NCBI GenBank assembly: GCA_028534125.1
Contig: CM052817.1
Span: 38,256,001-38,320,000 of the forward strand
Direction of reading: 5' to 3'
DNA from: Lama glama
Taxonomy: Eukaryota
Length of the DNA stretch: 64,000 nt
This document shows positions 54,171-64,000 of the stretch, one piece after another. The notes under the pieces are model-generated. The model was not told the DNA's origin and did no database searches. It saw only the letters and a program-made list of their open reading frames with translations. Every line of letters starts with the position of its first letter. Position 1 is the stretch's first letter. Made by a program: the position numbers and the translations under genes.

Positions 54171-56003
54171 ATAAATAAATGCCATGGCTAGATGACTTCT
54201 GTAATCAATAACAAAACTGTTCAACCAACAACAGAATATTTTATATTAATAACACTCTCTTTTGATGTAATTTTTAGGAAAGACCTAAGAGTTTCTAAAA
54301 ATGTATGATGACACACAGTACCTTCTTATGTTTTAAATGCCAGGAGACTTAGATGCTACATAGAAAGTCAGTTATAGATTTGAGGCTGAAATCCAAGTTT
54401 CGAGGTTTCTAGTATTATTTTACACACATCATCGGGGTTTGGCTGCTTCTGGCTCTTACATTTTAACAGAGAACAGCAGTTGCCTTAGAAGTTTCTAGAT
54501 TTCATTAATTCATGGGTTTCATTAAATATATATAATTAGAGCTTACTCTCAAATCAGTAATCAATTCTCACACATTCAGAGGTTAGGCCTCAGGTTATAA
54601 TTCACTCAAAATCACTTTAATCCCTAAGTTAAGAAAATCTGCGGAGATCTAATAGAATGTCATCTTCATCATGTCCAGAAAAAAACCCTCCCCATACAAC
54701 TGGATCAATATCTGTTGTACAAAGTCTAGACTAGATTAATTGGGTTAGTGCCTGTTTGGATTTTAGTCATTTTATCAGGAGTCCCAGACTGGCTTCTGAA
54801 AATCGATGCTTTCCACTGTCAAATTCTAGTATTCAGGGTATGTCAGAGACATTCACTATTACGGCCAAACTTGAGATGTGGCTATTATTTAAGTAATAAT
54901 ATACTGCATGATGGTAGTAAAACAGACAGCTCCAAAAAAAAAAAAACACTAGGAAATTATGATTGGATTCATTTAACAAAATCTATGTAACTGCCTTATT
55001 GTTAGGATAACTGTAATAACCACACATTATATATGACTCAGCTGTTTCTCTCGTGTTACTGTATTTATAATGAAGGCCACAGTCATTTGTCATGATTATT
55101 AATGAAAAATGGTCAAACAGATATTGTCACAAATTCAGTTTAAATATGTTTTAAACCCTTTTTCGTAGCTGTTTAAAAGTCCAAGGGCCATGCAGGGTGG
55201 ATGGAAGATTTTTTTAAGATAAATTCTTCTGTACAGTATGATTTTTAAACTTTTTCTATATGTAAATAGGACTTCATTTTAAATATTAAAAATAGAAAAA
55301 ATATTAAATAAAAACTGAAAAATACTATAAAACATTTATAGCAGTGGCCTATGAGGAACAGAAATTATGTATGTATTACAGTATGTTCAAAAATTGACTA
55401 CATATGTCATGTCTCTGTTTCTTCAGAAACAACCAAAATCAACTTTTTTTTAAAAACCTGTTTTGAATAAAATCTGTATCCATATAATTGCAAACACTGT
55501 AGAAAATAGTTTCTGGAGAGAGTTTTGGCATAGATAAATTGAAGTTTCGTTTTTTAAATATAAAATACTAAAGATTTTAGTTTGATGTGTTTTAAATAAA
55601 AAACAGTTATATTTGGAGGTAGACCTCCAATATATTGCCAGGGGAACCCTGGCTACAGGCTGGAAAGTCTCATTTACAAATCAGGTACTGTCCCGGGAGA
55701 AAGGAGAACCTGGAGGCACTTTTGCCTTTTGTTCAAGAAGAAAATACAAGAAAAGTGGCAGTTTGGAGACTTTTTAAGTTCTCAAACTTATGCAGATTGT
55801 GGAATATTAGGAAGACAAGGTACAATTTGAATAAGAACATGAAACATCAATATTAGGTTCAAGTAATTAAATATATATAGATATAATTAGATACATATAA
55901 TTAGATATATTCTGTTCTTGTAGATATGAAAATTGATGGTATGAAAGGGAAAAAAATTAACTGAGAAAATTATATATATTGACATAGGTTTTCAACATAT
56001 AAG

Positions 56004-56376
56004 TGTTATGGACTGAATTGTGCCCCCACCCCAAATTCACATTAAAGCCCCAACCCCCCACGTGACTGTGTTTGGGACCTTTAAGGAAATAATTAAGGTT
56101 AAATGTGGTCATAATGGTAAGGCTAATGTGACAGGACTCGTGTCCTTATAAGAGGAAGAGACACCAGGGCTGTCTCACTCTCTAAGCAAAGGCCATGGGA
56201 GGACACAGAGGGAAGGCAGTTGACTGCAAGCCAGGAAGTGAGGCTTCACCAGAAACCAACCCTGGCAGCAACTTGATCTTGGACTCTAGCTTCAGAACTC
56301 TGAGAAAATAAATTTCTGTTGTTTAAGTCCCTCAGTCTGTGGTATTTTATTATGGCAGCCGCGGTAGACTAAGACA
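56004..56376 (+). mobile_element. Solo MaLR LTR (MLT1A-like), full length
   Basis: 'tgttatggactgaattgtg' to 'tatggcagccgcggtagactaagaca'. Confidence 0.92.
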
Positions 56377-57337
56377 TTTGGAAACAACCACCATGGTTTC
56401 TTTCTAACAGCGTAGCAGTTTTGCATCTTGAGTAGCACAAGTGTTTCGGGAAGAGCTTCCCATTGCCTACCAGAGAATCCAGTCTCTCTGGGCAACATAC
56501 ACACCCATTTTTGTTGTGGCCCCACCTATCTCTTGAGCCGCATTTCTTGGCATTTTGCCACTCTCACAAAAAGGAGCTGCCTATAGATGTCTATTCAATG
56601 ACATCCATGTCTTTCCTCTGCTCTGAATTCCTTTCCCCAGTTTACATACCTGGAAAACTCTCACCAACCTTCAACACCCCAGGTATGGGTCACCTCTTGC
56701 TTTGCACAGCCCTCCTCAACTCCTCTAACCAGTCATCACTCACTCCTTGGCACTCATTGTATCTGTGTTTTCTGAGCATTCTGTGCTTACAAGCCTATCA
56801 CAATTATAATTTTGCTTCTATGTTTCCCTCAACAGATGTGCAGTTTTAAGTAACAAGGATAACAATGATGTTTGACTCTCTTTATTAAGTTGAGAAACTC
56901 AGAGAAAGTTTAACTAAAATAGGGAGCCTTTTTTCTAGGACAAGAAGGACATACATTTCAAAGGTTTTAATACTTTCTTTTTAGAAATACTGTTAAGAGA
57001 GAGGAAAAACAATCCAAGTTAAGTTTATTGAACATTTTCAGCTGGTTAGGAATGCTTAAATGAGTGATTTTTTTTTTATTTCATTAGAGATGTTTCCTCC
57101 AGTGTTATTGAAATAGTCCTCATGAAAATATATGAAGGTCAAGGGCATCTTTACCCTTGGAAGTGCCAATTTTGAAAGTAAACAACAAAGAAGTATTTCA
57201 GACTGAAAGTAAATCTAAAGAAAAGTTGAGGATTTATGAGCAGGCAAAAGGCTAAGCTGAAGGGACACTGAATCAGGAGCAAGGAAATCTGATTTCTAGT
57301 TTGTCGTCTGCCACTCTCTAACAATATCCGTTGGCTG

Positions 57338-57340
<3 letters not shown>

Positions 57341-57375
<35 letters not shown>
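57341..57375. repeat. (CA)n microsatellite
   Basis: Direct reading of the sequence. Confidence 0.95.
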
Positions 57376-58823
57376 CCTATTTAACTATAGTTTTTGTTGT
57401 AACACAATTTATAACAACTAAATTTTTTCTTGTTTTAACATTTTTCAAGATGTTCAATTATTCTTCATTGAATTCTTTAGAGTTATTTTATCATATATCA
57501 CTACAGGATTTATTTAATGTGATTTAAATTTCATTGTTTTAAATACAGGGATATGATTTTGATATATAAATCTAACAATAGTCAATACTCCTCACAGCAC
57601 CTAGTCCTGGCCCAACCTCACTTGCTATAGATGTCTTTAATTGGCTCATTCACAAATTCATCTAAAAATGTGCTTTAACACTTAACAATTTGTCAGGCAA
57701 CTATGCTCACTTAAAGAATTCACTTTAAAGTAAGAAATTAATCCATTCATGAGCAAATATACTGTCCTTTCAAATTACTAAGTGCCCTCTGATATAGAAA
57801 TTGCTTAGTTTTAATCTGATTCTGGGTATACACATCTAAACTTCAGTGTAAAAGATTAAAATTTAAAAGTACAATGTCAAAATTCCTTGTGCTTGTACTG
57901 TCATGAAAGATGATCCAAAAAAAGATTAATAATTCAAAGTTATTTATCTCAGATTATTACTGCTTTATTAATAGCAAATCTTTAGCAACTAATAAGTAGG
58001 AAGAAAATCAAGAACCTGTTGGGGGGGAATGATGATAGTCTATGTTTGGTTTGTATTTTCTTGTCAATGTAACTCTATTTTGTTAATTTCAGTTATAAGT
58101 CTACAAATACTAGTAACATACTAATATCAAAATACTACTTATCTTAGAAATACTGTGAATTAATTTTCACTTTGAGGCAGATTTTGATTTGAATTAATCA
58201 GAAGTTTTTTTGCATTTTCTTTTTTATATTTCCAACTTTTTATCTAATAACTGCATTGCACTGAATACTTATCTGTGACTGCATAGATCTTCTGAGAAAT
58301 TCCACAGAGGACCGTAGCCAAGGTAGTATGATAATATCCTCTTTGAACACTTTAGGGCAGAGTTCCTCAAACTAGGGTTCATGTGCATATTCTCTGATAC
58401 CTGCAAGTTCTCAAATTTTAGAAACACTGAGTGCGAGCTTGATCCATTGTATTCTATCCTTATTACTAGAAGGTTTGCTGAGTTCACCAAAGAATCAGAA
58501 CACTTGTTTAGTCTGCCTTCAATTCTCCATTCACTCACTCTTGAAGCCTCTGTTTGGTCCCCTAAACCTTTGTTTAGGTTCCAGATGAGACCTAATTAAT
58601 CATTTAATTTGAACCTATTCTTGTTAACAACCCAGTTCACCCAAACCATCTCAGAACAAGAGTCCACAGGACAAAACATTGAATCTTATTCATACATCTC
58701 CTATGGTATTCAATGTGTTCTTCCATATCAAAGTTTCCATACTCCATCCCCCAAGTTGTGCATTTTTTTTCACATTAACCTGGGTTTGGTAAAAATGATT
58801 TTACACTCAAGATAATACCTTAC

Positions 58824-58869
58824 CGTGAGTAGCACATAGTACAAAACAAGATGCAAGGAGAAAAGAACC
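58824..58869 (-). other. Candidate 46-nt exon
   Basis: Acceptor 'tttcttatctcatactctag|' and donor 'ACG|gtaagg'. Confidence 0.3.
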
Positions 58870-58879
58870 CTAGAGTATG

Positions 58880-59300
58880 AGATAAGAAACAAAGACCTAC
58901 TGCTTTGCCTCTGCACCCTATATGATCATGGTCACGTTGGTTCTTATCACTCAGCCACAATTTTTTCATCTGTAACGATAACCCCCATATTCCCCACTGG
59001 TTTGCTATGAGGACTGCAATAAAAGGAATGGAAATGCATTGTAACTGTCATGATATCATTATGGGATAGTCTTCTTAATTTATTTATGAGATCTTTGGCC
59101 GAGGCCATATGAACTTGGACTTAACTAGAGACAAAATATGGCAACACTGTCTAACTTTGGCTAAGATGAATTACATCTAAACCTTGATCTCTTCATACAT
59201 AAATGAGGATAACCCTACCTCACAGGATTATTGTAAGTATTCCATAAGATAAACTATATATTACAAATTTTTAGTCTGATGCTTGGCCCTGGTAAAAATA
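58880..59300 (+). mobile_element. Two MIR fragments
   Basis: 'ttttttcatctgtaacgataa' and 'ccctacctcacaggattattgtaag'. Confidence 0.65.
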
Positions 59301-59865
59301 TGCTAAAAAAAAAGCAATTTCAAAAAATGAGTGGGGTTTGTAGTATGTAATTTCATTGTTATTTTTATGTAATTCAGTTACATAAAATTAATGAGAACTT
59401 GGCTGAATTATAATGTCTGAGGAATTTAAAATACTAAAGTAAGCCCTGATCCAAATTCCTAATTAAGTTCTTGAACTTTAATACAAGGGAAATAACCTTA
59501 AGAACATACTGGCAGAGATGTTTATGTAAACTAATCTAAAACATTTTTTCTCTTATTCACACAATTTTATGGATGTAGATGAAGGAAAACCCCAGAGATG
59601 ATTCCTTAGTCCTCATCTCTTTTTATCAATTGATAAGCAATGCTCACAGCTAAGAAAGCTTGTTGCAGCTACAGGGAATGATGGAGATTTTCTTCTCTCT
59701 AATTGCAACCCAGAGATTTGTGGCTGAGAAAATGATAAGTAAACAAGCAAATAAAAGATCACTAAAGAACCACAAAGAAGCACAGAAACTATTCCCAGAG
59801 AAGTACACTGTATATTCTGGTTGGATGTTATCAACGTTGCCTGGTTTAGCACCACAACCATACTT

Positions 59866-60365
59866 NNNNNNNNNNNNNNNNNNNNNNNNNNNNNNNNNNN
59901 NNNNNNNNNNNNNNNNNNNNNNNNNNNNNNNNNNNNNNNNNNNNNNNNNNNNNNNNNNNNNNNNNNNNNNNNNNNNNNNNNNNNNNNNNNNNNNNNNNNN
60001 NNNNNNNNNNNNNNNNNNNNNNNNNNNNNNNNNNNNNNNNNNNNNNNNNNNNNNNNNNNNNNNNNNNNNNNNNNNNNNNNNNNNNNNNNNNNNNNNNNNN
60101 NNNNNNNNNNNNNNNNNNNNNNNNNNNNNNNNNNNNNNNNNNNNNNNNNNNNNNNNNNNNNNNNNNNNNNNNNNNNNNNNNNNNNNNNNNNNNNNNNNNN
60201 NNNNNNNNNNNNNNNNNNNNNNNNNNNNNNNNNNNNNNNNNNNNNNNNNNNNNNNNNNNNNNNNNNNNNNNNNNNNNNNNNNNNNNNNNNNNNNNNNNNN
60301 NNNNNNNNNNNNNNNNNNNNNNNNNNNNNNNNNNNNNNNNNNNNNNNNNNNNNNNNNNNNNNNNN
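59866..60365. other. Assembly gap (500 N)
   Basis: Run of N. Confidence 1.
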
Positions 60366-60671
60366 ATTGCTTTGAAGGTTGTGGAAAGGAAATCTGGAAT
60401 AAGAAAAATATGTCGGTAAACAGTTGTTCAGTCCTCACTCTAAATATCCCTACTTATTTTAATGACCTGTTAGGTTGGCATTAACTCCATTTGGTCAACA
60501 ATTTGTACCTCAGTCATAAAATAATCAAATTATATTCTGGGGTCATAACATTACTTACTGTCACCACCATTATATTCAGTCCCTATTGGAGTCATGGATA
60601 AATACCATGAAACACTGGACTTCTCCGTACCCAGTACTATGGAAATCTGGGGCTGTCATAAACATCTGGCT

Positions 60672-61156
60672 CAGTGCTGTCTCACAGAAATATAATGGGA
60701 GCCAACTACAAAATTTCCTGCTGTCTACATTAACAAAGTAAAAGGGACAAGTGAAATTAATTTAAAATATATATATTTAAAACAATATATCCAAAAACTA
60801 TGATTTCAAAGTATAAGTAATATTAAAAATAATAGTGAGAGATTTTACTAAGTTTTAAAAATCCAGTGTGCATTTTTTATTCAAGCACATCTCAATTTGG
60901 AGGCTAAATTTTTATCAGAAATACCTGACTGGTAATAGACTTCACAAAACTTAGTTTAAAAAGTAAATTCCCAGAAACAAACTACTCTAAAAGATGCTTC
61001 ATTTTTTTTAATAACTGAAAACATATGGCTTTAAATTTAATGATAAGTTAATTAAAATTATATGATGTTAGAAATAAATTAAAAACTCAGTTTCTCAGTC
61101 ATGCCAGCCCCGTTACAAGTGGTCAGTAGCTATGTCTACTACACGGAGCAGCACAG
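60672..61156. mobile_element. hAT-Charlie element (Charlie1/MER33/MER3 group)
   Basis: Termini 'cagtgctgtc' and 'gcagcacag'; internal 'aaaactcagtttctcagtc...caagtggtcagtagc'. Confidence 0.75.
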
Positions 61157-64000
61157 ACCTCGGTCAGCCTCTCTCTACATTTCCACTTCAGCAATAATAC
61201 TTAAGCCATCTCTTTCTTTGTCTTATTTTGGGTTGCACTTTGTTGCTGAATGGGACTCTCCTTGAGAGGTGATAACGGGACAGCCCTACTAGCTAAGGCA
61301 ATGGGAGGGCCAATCCTGGAGCCAGTCAAGTGGGAACTCTCTTCAAGTGGAGCCCTTGACAATGCTCCTTAATTTTCCATGGCTTCAAATACGTAGACCT
61401 TGGGCCATCACTGTAGACAAGAGGAAAAGAGGGAGTGAAATACTGACAAAGGCATTCTAATCTTCCAGGTGTTTCTCTCCCACTTAAAGCCATGAGACTA
61501 CATGTTAATGGTAGCATCTGATATCTTTTGAATGATTCTAAAGCAGAAAATTTCATTAATATTAAATTCAAATATGAACTTGGACTATAAAACTACAGGC
61601 TTGAAATGTAATAGGTACATTGAACTTAACTGACATCTCCAAACTAACACTAATGGCTTTTTTAATCAAGCCAACTTAGAAAGCTATGGATTCATTTTAA
61701 CAATGCTGCCACTTACAAAATATATGTTGATATACTCCTTCACACATTGGTATGTACCCTTGCTCTAAAACAGTAAAGATCTGCCTTAAGTTAGAAGTCA
61801 TTGTGAGCAAGATCTAGTAAGTAAGTAACAGCACTATAGTAAGAACAACTAGACAAACAATAAGACTGATTATAAATAAGAATCAGCTGTGGAATAAGTG
61901 TGACAACCATAACTGCAAGGTTTCTTCTCCGACCCCATGAATGACACTGGTTATCTAGTGAAATTCTAAGGTCCCTGAAGCAAATAAAAGAAAAAATAAA
62001 CGTGTCACAACATTTGAAAAGAATTAGCTCTTAATGCTTTGTTTCTTTGCCCTTAGAGATAGCTTTCATTTTCTTAGAAATGCGAATTAGGTGCTAATAA
62101 GTTATACATAGCTGCAGCTTGGTTTTTTATAGAAGGGCCATTGTAGGGAGTAGACTTTTTAGTAAATACTCTTCAACTTTGGTGTATAGGAGACTCACGC
62201 GAGAAATCTGTTAGAATGTAAATTCCAGGGCCTTTTTTCAAAGATTCTACTTCTTCTCTAGGCTTTAGAGGAGAAAGACTCTCTTTGCTCCCTTCACTTT
62301 CCACTGCCCAGGACAGCATATCAGGCCTGTGCTCCCCCCATTTCAGAAGGGATTCTCACCTTCTAAAAGCAGTTTCAGTTCCTCATGAGGCTTTATCCAG
62401 GAACGAGGCACAGAACTATTCTGTTCTAGGGCTGTCTTCCTTTCCCATTAGTAACACTGAAAACTTTACAACGCTCAAGTAATCAGGTCATAGGGAAACA
62501 ACACAAGCCACTTGGGCTGTTCTCTATCTAGTATTGGATTAAAGGAGTAAGGTTCTGTCTGCAAAACTTGAGTGACGCCTGCCCAGCTCACATCTGTGCC
62601 CAAGCCACATCAGAATTTGGTATTGAGAGCCAAACTGGGTATCAAAGATGGCCATTATTTTACTATGCCCTTAGTTCCCCTAGAGTAGGTGTCTGGATGA
62701 CATTCAAGATGTTAGTCACCTTTGACACATTAACACTGATGTTTTGCAACAAGTATTTTGTTTCTTCACAGAAATCTCCTTGTTCCTGTCACCAAAGAAA
62801 AGAAAATAAACTATCAGCCTGCCTCATGGCTTATGCATTTATTTTACTTGGATGGAAGGACTGCACACTTTTCATTAACCAACAAGAGAAAAAGGAACTC
62901 AACCATAACTACCTCGTTTCATTTAGATTAGAAATTAAAAAGACGGAGAAGGGAACTGAATGCTGGGGACACTCAAGTGCATGGCAAAACTGTGGTGTGT
63001 CTGGAGACTGCTACAACAGTATAAGTGAAAAGTTAGGAACACAGTGTCATATTTCTTAATTTAGTATAAAGGAACTGATTTTGCAAATATACATTTTTAA
63101 TGTTGACAATTAGTAGCAGTGGGCAACAGGATAACAAAAAATTTTGCATTTATGTAGTTATTACTAAGTGACTTCTCCAATTAGCATTTATAAAATGTCT
63201 GAGTATTCTTTTTCCAGAATTTAATACAAACAGAACTTATTGTCCCAAAGTTGCATATATGACTGATGGAGTTGAGACATGAAACCATATTTTTAGGCTT
63301 CACAAAAGCACATGATTTAATACCCTGCTTGCGCTATTCAGAAGTGAATGGGGCAGAGTGAGACTTAGTCACTAATATCAGTGACTAACACGCTCAGTTA
63401 GGTTTGGGTCTTTCCAACCCCCTTCTTACTAACCCCCTTCTGTTAATTAATCACCAAGTTTAGTCATTTTAACTCTTTCATAACTCTTGACTCTATTCCT
63501 TCCTCTTTATCAGTAGTGTCCAAATTCATCCTAAACTCCTGGATATTTACCAGACATCTCCTAATATTGTCATCACAATATAGTTTCTTTGTACATGGGT
63601 TTCTCTCCATCTGAAATGACTTCTTTATTTCCTTGTCCACTTGTAATTCCTTTCTTCTCTGTCTATCTGAAAAGTTTGTACTCATCCCTCAAAATTCTTT
63701 TGGTATGATCTTTCCCAGGAAGGACAGACTTTCACCAAAAACATTTGGGTAATATCGATTTCCCAAAAGGTTTCAACTTGTGACCAAAATACAGGGGCTA
63801 ACGTCTATTGCTAGGAATCTGCAAGATGTACATGAAAATGTGGCACAAACTATGAATCATGGAGTACCTAAGGCTGTGCTTTTTTATCATTACAACTAAG
63901 TATATACCCTGGAGCATAAGTACATTTGTCTTCACATGTTGCAGGGCCATTTTTATTAACAGGTTGTTGAACTTTATCCTTGTGATTCAAACCTGTCCAA

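Noticed and set aside
55636..55720. Collagen-like G-X-Y look ('gggagaaaggagaacctgga')
   Set aside because: No sustained Gly periodicity in any frame and no proper splice sites
1..64000. tRNA, rRNA, CRISPR, CpG island or processed pseudogene
   Set aside because: None recognisable by eye

Overview
AT-rich, CpG-depleted mammalian genomic DNA, most likely camelid (a short L1 3' end at ~25.8 kb resembles the camelid-specific L1; no Alu, B1, Bov-tA/BovB, PRE or Can-SINE seen). It has four assembly gaps. Most of the window is intron-like sequence filled with ancient repeats: MIR, L2, L1M, MaLR/ERVL LTRs, hAT-Charlie MERs and a Tigger2 derivative. None of the listed ORFs looks like a real stand-alone gene. 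The non-repeat signal is a series of minus-strand splice-site-bounded segments that may be the alternatively spliced 3' end of a large gene I could not name. A 35-nt candidate exon (37952-37986) sits inside a hairpin that pairs its own acceptor and donor regions. Downstream, several acceptors (22884, 20957, 10185, 6652/6619, 3104) would each give a different short C-terminus in the same phase. These exon calls rest on motifs only and need RNA or conservation evidence. Repeat family names are from recalled consensus features, not a database search.
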